From assembly GCF_006345805.1 (NCBI RefSeq), contig NW_021823760.1:1-21438 (forward strand): a DNA stretch of 21,438 nucleotides. The letters are read 5' to 3'. This document shows positions 1-11,429 of this stretch, one piece after another. The stretch comes from Octopus sinensis. Lineage: Eukaryota. Every line of letters begins with the position of its first letter. Within the stretch, counting starts at the first letter, position 1. Under the pieces are notes generated by a model that was not told the origin of the DNA, ran no database searches, and saw nothing but the letters and a program-made list of their open reading frames with translations. A program made the translations under genes and the position numbers.

Positions 1-1664
1 CGAGCGGTGACAGGAGCAAAATCAACCGGGAAAAGTCAGTGGGCTTGCGGCTCGGCTCGCACTGGAGAAGCAAGCCCATGCCGTCACCAGTACCTCGTCG
101 TGGGACGCTGGACACACGGCCCGTTGAGTTGCTCGGGGTCTGGTTCGGTCCGGACCTCCAATGGAGAAGAACTGAACGAGATAACGAGTAGGTGGTCACT
201 CTCGCCCAGCAATGGCCCGAGAGGAAACTGTCCCTAAAAGGTCGGGCAGAGGTGGTGAACGCGTACATCGCGTCCATCATCTACTCCCGCCTGACCGTCG
301 TACCTTGTCCCGACCGTACCATCACCAAACTAGAACGCATCCTCTTCCGCTTCTTGTGGAAAGGATGCGTCCCGATGGTCAGGCGATCCATTTGCTGTCA
401 ACACACCCCTTAAAAAGGAGGGCTGGGCATGCCGTGGTCGATAATGCGCAGACACGCGCTGAGACTGCGACATCTCCGGCTCTATGTAGACGACGGTGAC
501 AGGTGTGGTCGCCGTTTGTGAGGCACGCTTCCCGCAACTCGTCTCCATGACCGAACTACACGTCGTGGATCAAAAAGGAGGCCGAGGAAGGGCGAATGGC
601 ACCGCGAGTGTCGCGTGCCTCTCAAGCAACTCTGCCGTCCCGGGTCGACCTTGAGTGACTTCAACCAACCAAAGCATTCTATAGGGGATAGTGAGGGAGG
701 TAACGACGACGAGCTCGGGCAAACCTGGGCGTCGACGAGGAATACCTGACCCGCCTGTTTCAAACGACTTTCGGCCTGGGACCTATGGACAACTTCCAGA
801 GATCCCTGGCCTGGCGGTGCTACCGAGAAGCGCTACCCGTTCGGGATAAGCTCTATAGGCATGGCTCGAGAAACACGGGGCCGACCTGCCCGAGATGCGG
901 GCAGAGAACGAAACCGCTCTGCACGCAATCGTGCAGTGTCCAGCAATTTCCCACCTGTGGGCTTATGTCGAACGACTGCTGTCATGGGTGGGACGTGTCG
1001 GTTTATCAGCCGAGTCTATCGTTAATATCGTCACGCCTCCTTCCTTCAAACGGGAAGGAAGAGCTATTTTTATCATACTTGTGGCTATGGCGAAAGAATG
1101 TATCTGGTGGACGCGCCTGAAAGGATTAGAGACAAACACTTTCCTCTCTGGTCAATCTCTCATCAACTTCTTCAAGTATCACTTGAAGAGGAAAGTGAGA
1201 GTAGAGAGGCAAGTTTTGTCTAGTGAATGTTTTAAAAAAAGATGGGAATGTAGCAAAGATGGCACGTATGAATGACGAAGCCACCTTGACTATGATTCTA
1301 TGAACCGTAAAAATTAATACAGAGAGTTGCTTATTTGCAAAAAAAAATATATATATATATATTACGTGACTTCATTGACCGAGGTTACCGTGGTCTTTCC
1401 GTAGGCTTTTCTTCCACGGTTACCCCACCTGTCCTCCCCTTTACACTTCATATTGACATTTCTGTGATAACGATCCCTATTATTCATTTTTTTTTTGCCC
1501 CACCCCCCTTTTTTAACCCCTCCCTTTTTTTTGTCCTCTTTCTTTCCTTTTACGATCCCTTTTGATCGAAAACCACCACTCCCTTTTTTTTACCCCCAAA
1601 AGAAAAGCTCTACCTTGTAATTTGTTCTATCTGTGTGCAGTCCTGTGTGGCTAATAAAGAAACA
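1..1664 (+). mobile_element. Tx1/L1-clade non-LTR retrotransposon, 3' part (frameshifted ORF2 C-terminal region, 3' UTR), cut by the window edge
   Basis: Joined frames give TGAKINREKS..LLGVWFG..WPERKLSLKGRAEVVNAYIAS..LFRFLWKG..GGLGMP and LAWRCYREALPVRDKL..CPRCG..ETALHAIVQC (zf-RVT-type CCHC), typical of L1/Tx1 ORF2. Coding ends at ~1275-1303, then a pyrimidine-rich UTR, AATAAA and a microsatellite tail. Confidence 0.88.
1653..1658 (+). promoter_or_regulatory. Putative polyadenylation signal at the LINE 3' end
   Basis: AATAAA lies just before the (TCTA)n tract that ends the element. Confidence 0.55.
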
Positions 1665-1733
1665 TATCTATCTATCTATCTATCTATCTATATGTCTGTC
1701 TGTCTGTCTATCTAGCTATCTGTGTATCTATCC

Positions 1734-1764
<31 letters not shown>

Positions 1765-1768
1765 CATC

Positions 1769-1804
<36 letters not shown>

Positions 1805-1853
1805 CTCCATCTATCTATCTAACTCTCCATCTATCTATCTTTCTCTCTATCTG

Positions 1854-1940
<87 letters not shown>

Positions 1941-1985
1941 GTCTGTATGTTTGTCTGTCCGTCTGTCTATCTGTCTGTCTGTCTC
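1665..1985. repeat. (TCTA)n/(TCTG)n microsatellite, probably the LINE tail or its target
   Basis: Read directly; abuts the LINE 3' end. Confidence 0.95.
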
Positions 1986-2446
1986 TCGTTTCTTCCACAT
2001 CGTTCTTCAGACTAAAATGTCAAAGTATTACAGAAAATGTCAATGGCAATAATTTTTATTCAATTTTCATTATCTAACATACTGCAATAAATACATTAAT
2101 AAATAAATAAATAAACACACAAACACATAAAACACCACAAAACAACTATATTTAACTTAATGAGTTTAATCATACGAAAAGGACACTGATGTGTAAAAGG
2201 CAATAACTTCCTTTCATGGCGTCGAAGGCTGTGATGTCATACATTGTGCTTGAAATGTAAAATAAGGCGGAAGTGTTTCTTGCAAAGCAGCAGACAAGTC
2301 CTTCTGCAATTTCTCTCTTATTTTCTACATTTCAAAGTAGAATTTTTTGTAATATTATCTTAATAAAGTCTATAATGGTGCATATGTTAAGCGTAACCAG
2401 CCAAAAATATTATTATTGATGTTGTTATCATCATCATTATTATTAT

Positions 2447-3050
2447 TAAGATGACGAGCTGGCAGAAACGATCGCACGCCGGGCGAAATGCTTAGCCGTA
2501 TTTCGTCTGCCGCTACGTTCTGAGTTCAAATTCCACCGAGGTCGACTTTACCTTTCATCCTTTCGGGGTCGATTATATAAGTGCCAGTTACGCACTGGGG
2601 TAGATCTAATCGACTTAATCCGTTTGTCTGTCCTTGTTTGTCCTCTCTGGGTTTAGCTCCTTGTGGGTGGTAAAGAAATAGGTACATCGTCTGCTGTTAC
2701 GTTCTGAGTTCAAATTCCGCCGAGGTCGACTTTCCCATTCATCCTTTCGGGGTCGATTAAATAAGTACCAGTTATGCACTGGGGTAGATCTAATCGACTT
2801 AATCCGTTTGTCTGTCCTTGTTTGTCCTCTCTGGGTTTAGCTCCTTGTGGGTAGTAAAGAAATAGGTACATCGTCTGCTGTTACGTTCTGAGTTCAAATT
2901 CCGCAGAGGTCGACTTTGCCTTTCATCCTGTCAGGGTTGATAGAATTAGTACCTGTTGCGTACTGGGGTTGATATCATCGACTTAATCCCTTTGTCTGTC
3001 GTTATTTGTCCCTTCTACGTTTAGCCCCCTGTGGGCAATAAAGAAATAAA
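2447..3050 (+). mobile_element. tRNA-like SINE family 1: one head plus three tandem body units, tail type A
   Basis: A-box-like TGGCAGAAACG at ~2460; B-box-like GAGTTCAAATTCC; core GTCGACTTT.CCTTTCATCCTTTCGGGGTCGAT. The motif CGTTCTGAG recurs at 2516, 2700 and 2884 (184-bp period). Confidence 0.9.
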
Positions 3051-3060
3051 TATTAATTTA

Positions 3061-3126
3061 CACACTGGGGTCGATGTAATCGTCTTAATCCCTTACCCCA
3101 AATTTGAAGCTTTGTGTTTCCAGTAA
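3061..3126 (+). mobile_element. 3' fragment of SINE family 1 with tail type B
   Basis: CACTGGGGTCGATGTAATCG..TTA..CCCCAAATTT.AAGCTTTGTG matches the reverse complement of 3197-3257. Confidence 0.7.
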
Positions 3127-3159
3127 AATAATAATAATATAATAATAATAATAATAATA

Positions 3160-3193
<34 letters not shown>

Positions 3194-3195
3194 TT

Positions 3196-3399
3196 ACTAA
3201 AGGCACAAAGCCTGAAATTTGGGGGTATGGGTAAGTCGATTTCATCGACCCCAGTACTCAACTGGTACTTAATTTATCGACCCCGAAAGGATGAAGGGTA
3301 AAATCGATTTCAGCAGAATTTAAACTCAGAACGTGAAGACGGACGAAATGCCACAAAGCATTTTACCCGGTGTGGTAACGGTTCTGCCAGCGTTCCTCC

Positions 3400-3401
<2 letters not shown>
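3196..3401 (-). mobile_element. Monomeric SINE family 1 copy, tail type B, inside a (TAA)n tract
   Basis: Reverse complement shows the same head (GCTGGCAGAACCGTTA), B-box-like region and CTTCATCCTTTCGGGGTCGATAAATTAAGTACCAG core. Confidence 0.88.
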
Positions 3402-3450
<49 letters not shown>

Positions 3451-3537
3451 GTAATAATAGTAATAATAATTATAATGTAATGATAATAATAATAATAATA
3501 GTAACAATAGTAATAATAATAATAATAATAATAATAG

Positions 3538-3571
<34 letters not shown>

Positions 3572-3834
3572 AATAATATAATAGTATAATAATAATATAA
3601 TAATAATAATAATAATAACAATAATAACAATAATAATATATAATAATAATAATAACAATAATAACAATAATAACAATAATAATATAATAATAATAATAAT
3701 CATAATAATTATTATTATTATTATTATTATATTATTATTATATTATTATTATTATTATTATTATCATTATTATTAACATTATTATTATTATCATCATCAT
3801 CATCATCATCATTATCATCATTATTATTATTATT
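3402..3834. repeat. (TAA)n tract switching to (ATT/ATC)n at ~3707
   Basis: Read directly. Another (TAA)n tract lies at 3127-3195. Confidence 0.95.
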
Positions 3835-4392
3835 GGTATCTCCTCGTGGATTTCAAAGAGGAAGGACGTGTGTTCGTGAGCTGTGCGTTTTTGTTCAATT
3901 TTTACAGATAATATTGTTGTATCTGAACATCTCTTATGACATTTTTGCGGCCAGGCCGACTGAGCCCTTCATGAGCTGAGCAGTTAGGCGGGATTTTATC
4001 GCTTTCGGGGCGAGTTTTCAATTAAGATTCTTAATTTCTCTTTCTTCTTTTTTTCATTGTTCGATTTTAGAATTTACAAAATGTTCTTGCCGAAGAACGT
4101 CAGCTCTTCCTTTCTTTTTGACTTCTCCGCTCTGCTGTTGGAAACAACCAAAACAGTTTTGAAATTATTTGTCTCTGCCTTTTCCGCGCCTTCAAAAGCG
4201 GAGAGAGAGGGGCGACCAAAGTCTTGCTAACACGTGCAACGCTGAGCAACAGAAGGGAAAAGAAGAAAATAAACAAGAGAAGGAAGAGCAAGGAAATTTA
4301 GCTAATGGATGGTGCTAGCGTCGCAACACCTGTGAATCCAAGCCCTACCACCATCACCACTATCACCACTAACACTAACACACTGAACACTG

Positions 4393-4426
<34 letters not shown>

Positions 4427-4829
4427 ACCCAATGCATTGAACGGCCGAGGGTTTGCTTCACTTGCAAAGCCTAGAAATGAATTCTGCTGGGTTCGGCTGC
4501 TCTGCATTAATAAGGGGCAAATACACTAAAACTAGTCTGAAGATGCCTAACCAGCAAGGGGAATCTGCTGAACTCCCCTGTTCGAAGGTTATAATAGACA
4601 CAGGTTCGTATGTCATATAGCTAGCTAGAGACGATGGCCTCTTGGAGCAAATCAACGGCAGTATTTGTCCTATATTTCTGGACTGCCATATTACCTTTGC
4701 GATAACTATTAATAGAATTCCTTAATGTTTCTGTAAAATCTTTCTAAGACTACAGGAACATGTTAAAAAGAAATTGTGAAAGTTGTGTTTCGATAAACAC
4801 ACCTTCAGATATTGTAGAGAAAACAAACA

Positions 4830-5780
4830 AACAAACGTATCAAAGCGTACAAAACTATGTCTTTAAAAAGTAGACGTTTAGAAACTGCCACAAAGCAGAC
4901 GTAACCATATCTGTCGTGGGGTAAGAAATATGGCACAATTGAAATCAGATTTGATACAGAAGACGTAGCAAAACTGCGCTCAACAGCCCAGCCGAGAAAC
5001 AGTGATCTTGTCCTTGTTCCAACATACTTAGGACGGCGCGTCGACAAGATAAAAATATTGGAGATGCCACCAGAAATGAATGCTTGCTGGATTGTCGCAG
5101 CCGTCCTCCTCGACTTGGAAGATAAAATCAGAACCATCCAAGTGGAGAAACAAGGAAAAAAACAACTGCCCTGGACTGGACTGGACTGGACTGGTCAGGA
5201 ATTGCAAATAATGGTCCAAGTAAACCAAGACGTTTTGGAACAAATTCCTGACCAACTCAGCCTTCCAGATGATACTATGCTGAACGTCACAGTTGAGGGT
5301 AGAAGGCCAAGATGTTATCAATGCGGACAGAATAACCACCTGAAAGCTTTCTACCCACAACTAAAACAGAAGGCGGGCACTACCTCCTTGATACAAGAAC
5401 CACCTACACCACAACAAATGAAGCAACCCCAACTACAGAAGCAAGCCTAACAACAAAAGCAATTCCAACGAGAGAAGAAACCCCAGGAAAAGAAAGCAGA
5501 GATGGCTCCAGCATGCACACCACCACCAACACCACACCAGGCAACAACGCCAACAACAGGGGTGCTGACCACAACCACCATCATAGTGCCTACAAAAACA
5601 CCATCAAAGCAGCTCTTGCCAGAGGGACAAAAAGCATCAGTGAATTTCGACCCAGTGGAATTACTCCTTCATGACTCTGACCACTCAGACGTGTCGTGCG
5701 GGGAGACCGACAGAACTGAGTGGACAGAGGTCACACGTAAAATACCAAGAAAGATGGCACCACAGTACACCAACAAATAA
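4830..5780 (+). pseudogene. Decayed ORF1 (gag-like) of an L1/Tx1-type retrotransposon
   Basis: Frame 4905-5450 reads YGTIEIRFDTEDVAK..LVPTYLGRRVDKIKI..IPDQLSLPDDTMLNVTVEGRRPRCYQCGQNNHLKAFY, a CX2CX4HX4C knuckle with the last Cys replaced by Tyr. A Pro/Thr/Gln-rich region follows and ends EWTEVTRK. Contains stops; 5' limit approximate. Confidence 0.72.
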
Positions 5781-5802
5781 ACAAGCTTTACCCCCAAAAA
5801 CA

Positions 5803-5868
5803 TTGTGTGTGTGTATATATATATATATAAATATGTGTCTTGTCCCAGTTTGTATTTTTCTACATATA

Positions 5869-5899
<31 letters not shown>

Positions 5900-6340
5900 G
5901 TGTGTGTGTGCGTGTGTGTGTGTGTATAGAAACATACATATATATGTATAAGTATGTATGTGCATACATACATTTCTTTCTTACTCTCCCTGTCTCTCTC
6001 ACTCAATGCATGTACAGCCAGCCAGCAACCAGATAGATAGACAGACAGGAAGACAGATAGATAGATGGATAGATAGTAATGCATATAGATATACTATATA
6101 TGTATATGGATATACATATATATATATATATATATATCTTGAGAGAGAGATACATACATATATACATACACACACGCATGCATACATACATACATACATA
6201 CATACATACATACATACATACATACATACAATACATACATACATACACACACCAATATATATATATATCTTGAGAGAGAGATACATACATATATACATAC
6301 ACACATGCATGCATACATATATGCATACATACATATACTT
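5803..6340. repeat. Compound microsatellite (TG)n/(TA)n/(GATA)n/(CATA)n with an internal duplicated block
   Basis: Read directly. TATATCTTGAGAGAGAGATACATACATATATACATACACAC occurs twice (~6133, ~6264). Confidence 0.92.
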
Positions 6341-6713
6341 ACTCGTGTGGTGATTCTTTAAGGATTGACTTTTGAGTTCTTTGAAGTAAATGGGTCATCA
6401 GAGAAAAGTGTGTTTCGAGATTGTTCTCGTTAGTAATTCTATTTCTATGGCTTTCAAGAAACAGGAGATTATGTTTTTAATCATCACCATCGTCGTCATC
6501 ACCATCGTCGTCATCATCATCGTCGTCATCATCATCGTCGTCATCATCATCGTCGTCGTGGTCCCTGTCGCTGTCAGCTTCGTTGTCAACAAGATTACAC
6601 AAGTACATCAGTCTGAGATTAAGGAACTGAAATTCTTACAATTCAACAATGGAATCAACAACCACAACTGCAGCAACAAGGGTGAATACAATAGTAACAA
6701 CAGCAACAGCAGT

Positions 6714-7080
6714 GGAGGCGCAATGGCCCAGTGGTTAGGGCAGCGGACTCGCGGTCGGAGGATCGAGGTTTCCATTCCCAGACCGGACGTTCTGTGTGTT
6801 TATTGAGCGAAAACACCTAAAGCTCCATGAGGCTCCGGCGGGGGGGGGTGCGACCACTGTTGTACTCTTTCACCCCAACTTTCTCTCACTCTTTCTTCCT
6901 GTTTCTTGTCCTCCCCGACTTCCTACGCAACCGCTGAGCCTGGATGCGCATTCATCCATCCGTCGATGCTCTCGGTGTCGGGGGTTGACCTGCTCTCTCT
7001 TCTGCGGGTCTTACGAATAGCAAAGGACCACGTTTCGGACTTCTCACATCTTGCGAGCTCTGGGACGAAGACCGTTCGCT
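6714..7080 (+). mobile_element. tRNA-derived SINE family 2, apparently full length
   Basis: A box TGGCCCAGTGG at 6724-6734; B-box-like GGTTTCCATTCC at 6767-6778. Flanked by CAACAGCAACAGCAG at 6698-6712 and 7081-7095, a candidate TSD of low complexity. Confidence 0.85.
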
Positions 7081-7766
7081 CAACAGCAACAGCAGCACCA
7101 GCAATGACTAATGAATAGATACAACAACAGCAACAAGAACGATCCATATATTAATACAATGGTACGTCTCCACCTACCTACCTACCTTCTGCATATGATT
7201 AAAGGAAGTAACTGAAATAGAAGAGAAAGTAAGAGTTATGGTAGTAATGGGTAATGGGAGGGAATCATTAGTGGTGATGAGACAGAAACAGCGGGAAAAT
7301 CAAAATGTAAGACAGAGCATTCTATGAGGTGAGAGGCTATTTAAAAGTGGGAGTTAACGCAAACATGCAAAGGAAAGAGGTGAAGTGATATGAAGATCGA
7401 AACACTTACAGTACGGGGCGAAAAAAGATTATAAAGATAGTTAACTTTTGACGTCACTGCATTTGTAGTTAATCTTTCATTTTTATTACCTCGTTCTCTC
7501 TCTATTTTGTAAAGGGTTCTTGAAAAGTAACTTAGGGTTTACTTGAGCGCATGTTTCACTGTAAACTGATTTTGGCCTTAGGTTGGAAATTCATCCAAAA
7601 TGTGTAATTAATGAGTGTTGTTTCTGGTAGGTCCCTATGATGAAAGTAACTGAGGGCTCTAACAACACGACCCCTACTCTTGAATTAGAGGGTTATGATG
7701 GATACATGGGTTTCTTGAGGTAAAGTGAAAAATAATAGATAACAACCCACGAACTAGTGTATAACG

Positions 7767-8178
7767 TCCTATGAAGAAAGGCTGAGGACGCTCGACCTTT
7801 ATTCTCTTGAAAAACGCCGCCGCCGTGGTGATCTCATTCTCGCCCACAACATCATAGGCGGAAAGTGTAACCTCTCGAAAGAGCTGTTCTTCACTCCTGC
7901 TCCAGAGCATCGGCTGCGGGGTCATTCCGAAAAGCTCTACCTGCGACGATTTCATCTCAATCGAGGAGAGAGCTTTCTCCGTCCGGGTTGCGGATCCGTG
8001 GAACAAGCTGCCAGACGAGATGGTGAAGATGCCGACGACCGCTTTGTTCAAAGCCTCCCTTGACCTCAAGTGGCCTGAACTCTTTACATGAACACCACCC
8101 TGTACTTAACTCCATGTCCCCCTACATGGCCTTGCTATTTGCTTTTGAACCAAATTAACTAACTAACTAACTAACTAA
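7767..8178 (+). mobile_element. 5'-truncated CR1-clade LINE (ORF2 C-terminus, short 3' UTR, (TAAC)n tail)
   Basis: YEERLRTLDLYSLEKRRRRGDLILAHNII..RLRGHSEKL..FSVRVADPWNKLPDEMV..FKASLD is the typical CR1 ORF2 end. One frameshift; TGA at 8089-8091; (TAAC)n at ~8156-8178. Confidence 0.88.
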
Positions 8179-8541
8179 GGATTATAGCCTGCATAGTTGT
8201 TGTATCCTAAGACTCCGCATTCAATGCCAATTATGTGGAATTTTAAGACCATCTAAGGAATAAAATACTTCAAACCTTTTTGTTTTCTATAAACGTCCAG
8301 TCTTCTTTTAGTTTTCAAAATAACCGTGACATTTCCGTAGGTAGTGCTCATTATCTTTAATTAGTGTTAATTATGAATTAAACTGTACACTATAATTAAT
8401 CTAGCGACTCGAACGAGAGCTTTATTGCAGTTGTTTGATCTGCTAAAAGTAGGAGTCAATCTCCTTTCATCACAGCCTGCTATTCTAAAAAAAAACCAGA
8501 ATTACAAGACAAGAAGAAGTATGGCAAGAATAAAGAACCTT

Positions 8542-8570
8542 AAGAAGAAGAAAGAAGAAGAAGTTGATGA

Positions 8571-8604
<34 letters not shown>

Positions 8605-8723
8605 GATGGTGGTGGTGGTGGTGGTGGTGGTGGTGGTGGTGATGGTGGTGGTGGTGATGAGGATGATGAAAATAGAAAAAGAGAAGTAGAAAAAGAAGGA
8701 GGAGGAGAAGAAGAAGAAGAAGT

Positions 8724-8778
<55 letters not shown>

Positions 8779-8980
8779 GGTGGTGGTGGTGTTGGTGGTG
8801 GTGGTGGTGGTGGTGGTGATGGTGGTGGTGGTGATGGTGGTGGTGGTGGTGGTGATGAGGATGATGAAAATAGAAAAAGAGAAGTAGAAAAAGAAGGAGG
8901 AGGAGGAGAAGAAGAAGAAGAAGAAGAAGAAGAAGAAGAAGAAGAAGAAGAAGAAGAAGAAGAAGAAGAAAAGAAGAAGA
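8542..8980. repeat. Compound triplet repeat (GAA/GAT/GGT/GGA) as two diverged tandem units
   Basis: Spacer GATGAGGATGATGAAAATAGAAAAAGAGAAGTAGAAAAAGAAGGAGGAGGA occurs at ~8656 and ~8854. Confidence 0.9.
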
Positions 8981-9559
8981 CGCGGGGGAGTAAAAGTTTC
9001 GCAGTAATACTAGAAAAAAACAGAGAAGTGAAAGCGCTTGGCCTAGAAATGGAGGAGAGAGTAATAGTTAGAGGAAGGGGAGGGAAAAGCTGTATAGAGT
9101 GAGAGGACAAGTTAAAGAGAGAGTGAGTAGGAGAGGATGAGTGGGGAGAAGGATAATGAGAGAGCGAGAGAAAACAGAGAGGGAGACAGAGAGAGACAGA
9201 GAGAGAGGTAACAGCTGCATGGGGTCGAAACTTGAAACAACGGGAGGGAACGTGAGAGAGAGAGAGAGAGAAAGAGTGTATGTGTGTGTGTATGTATGTG
9301 TGTGTATGCGTTGTGTGTATGTACAAAAGAGAGCAAGTGAGAAGCAGAGAGAGAAAAAGGGACGGAGAGAGAGAGAGAGAGAGTTATTGAAAGGGTTTGT
9401 GGGGAAACAAGAGATAAGGGGTCGGGAGGTAATACATGGAAATATGAGATGCTACATATTGGATTATGTCTTAATCCGGTATAATCTGTGTAGTAACAGA
9501 CATCTGTAGCAGAGTGAAGACGTTATCACGAAGCGATGGGGATGCGGATGCGCGCCTGT

Positions 9560-9689
9560 CAGTGTGTGTATACGTGTGTGTATGTGAGTGTGCGTGTGTG
9601 CATGTGTGTGTGTGACGCATTTGGGATTGGGTTTTTGAATGTGTGTGTGTGTGTGTGTACGGGTTTATGTACATGTACCTGTGTGTGAG

Positions 9690-9722
<33 letters not shown>

Positions 9723-9828
9723 ATGTATATATATAAACATATATATATAAGTATGTATGTATATATATGTGTGTATGTGTGTATGTATGTATGTATGTAT
9801 GTATGTGTGTATGTATTATGTATGTGTG

Positions 9829-9862
<34 letters not shown>

Positions 9863-10240
9863 TGTATGTATGTGTGTATGTGTGTATGTTTGTATGTATG
9901 TATGTATGTATGTATGTATGTATGTATGTATGTATGTATGTTTGTATGTGTGTATGTGTGTATGTATGTATGTATGTGTGTGTGTGCATGTATGTATGTC
10001 TGTGTGTATGTGTGTATGTATGTATGTATGTGTGTATGTGTGTATGTATGTGGTTATGGTGTATGTATGTGTGTATGTGTGTATGTATGTGTGTATGTGT
10101 GTATGTATGTATGTGTGTATGTGTGTATGTATGTATGTATGTGTGTATGTGTGTATGTATGTATGTATGTGTGTATGTGTGTATGTGTGTATGTATTTGT
10201 GTATGAATGTATATATGTGTGTGTGTGTGTGTATACACAC
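9560..10240. repeat. (TG)n/(TATG)n microsatellite
   Basis: Read directly. Confidence 0.95.
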
Positions 10241-10313
10241 CGATGCAGGTGTTAATGTTGTTCTCGGCGGCTACTGTTTATTTTGGTTGATGACAGCTTT
10301 GGACTAGGTGAAC

Positions 10314-10315
10314 GC

Positions 10316-10356
<41 letters not shown>

Positions 10357-10548
10357 ATGATGGCGATGACGATGATGATGATGACGATGATGATGATGAT
10401 GATGATGATGACGATGATGATGACGATGATGATGGCGACGATGATGACGGCAGCGACGACTACGATGCTAGTATTTCATTGGACAAAGTGCAACAAAATA
10501 CACACACACAGCACTCATAAAACAGAAGTACATACACTCTAGACGCAC

Positions 10549-10591
<43 letters not shown>

Positions 10592-10600
10592 ACATACACA
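10314..10600. repeat. (GCT)n-(GAT/GAC)n and (CA)n microsatellites
   Basis: Read directly. Confidence 0.92.
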
Positions 10601-10689
10601 ACGCGAACATAACATTACATTGACATTGTTTTCCTCTGATGATTAACGATGACATTATATGTTAAGTTTAAATCAATCTCCTGTGTGAA

Positions 10690-10890
10690 ACCATAGAATC
10701 GCTCAAAGCGCCTTCCTTATTTAGCTCACCTTTCATTCACTTTCTGAATTCAAATTTCGCCAATGTGAGCTTTAACTCTCATCCTTTCGGGTTACATAAA
10801 GCAAACACCAGTAGCGCACCGAGGTTCATATAGTCCATTCCTTCTCGCCCTCCGAAATTTCCCGTCCTTAAACCAAGATTAGGAAAGGAT
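10690..10890 (+). mobile_element. Old, diverged SINE family 1 copy
   Basis: TTCTGAATTCAAATTTCGCC..TCATCCTTTCGGG..ACCAGT still align to the 2447 copy. Confidence 0.65.
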
Positions 10891-11092
10891 TAAGGTGACG
10901 AGTTTGGCAGAATCGTTAGAGTCGGACAAAATGCGCAACAGCATTTCTCCCCGATCTTAACGCTCTGAGTTCAAATTCCGCCGAAGTCGATTTTGCATTT
11001 TATCAGCTCGGGGTGGATGAAATAAGTACCAGTTATGCTCAAGGGTCGATGTAATCTACTTACATTGCTGGCCTAGTGTAAAAATTTGAAAT
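10891..11092 (+). mobile_element. SINE family 1 monomer with a B-like tail
   Basis: GGTGACGAGTTTGGCAGAATCGTTAG..CTGAGTTCAAATTCCGCCGAAGTCGA..AAGTACCAGTT..GGGTCGATGTAATC. Confidence 0.82.
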
Positions 11093-11159
11093 CACTCCTC
11101 CTCCTCCTACAACTACTACTACTACTACTATTATTACTGCTACTACTATCATTATCATT

Positions 11160-11415
11160 GAGTGAGTGAGAAAGCAGTGAATGCCATCAAAGTGACACGG
11201 GGGTGAAAATAGACGAAGCCCAATATACCCATCGTGATTACCCATCTGATAAGGGTACACCAGGCACATGCATCATAGCCATATGTACGCGGCATAGTGA
11301 TCTTATATCAAGATAAACAGTGCATGGCCTTGCAGGTGGGGCCGTGTTAGAATTTTCTTCAAGTTGTATAGCCCATACTGCTCAAAAGGTTCATGAATAA
11401 GGGTTGTTTAAGGAT
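11160..11415 (-). mobile_element. Non-coding (TAA)n-associated retro-repeat, copy 1 (truncated)
   Basis: Aligns to 11853-12100 and shares the left end GAGTGAGA.AGCAGTG next to ATT repeats. Strand inferred from the truncation pattern. Confidence 0.82.
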
Positions 11416-11429
11416 TATCATTATTGTTA

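Noticed and set aside
1980-2015. Minus-strand CTGAAGA..GAAAC hammerhead-like spacing
   Set aside because: No stem II pairing and no valid NUH triplet or stem I.
2500-3050. Regular repeats resembling a CRISPR array (also 13594-14184)
   Set aside because: Whole 180-184-bp units repeat with no unique spacers, no cas genes, and the context is eukaryotic SINE.
6714-6790. tRNA gene
   Set aside because: Has A/B boxes but no clean cloverleaf, and continues into a SINE body with a candidate TSD.
7674-8069. 131-aa minus-strand ORF
   Set aside because: Antisense shadow of the CR1 fragment.
8425-9326. 225-aa and 274-aa ORFs rich in D/G/E or S/P
   Set aside because: Products of stop-free triplet microsatellites on both strands; no domain and no splice evidence.
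9639-10307. Several long overlapping ORFs (MYVC/HTYI repeats); similar ones at 1633-2052, 3333-3703, 5669-6353 and 12351-12864
   Set aside because: Translations of simple repeats.
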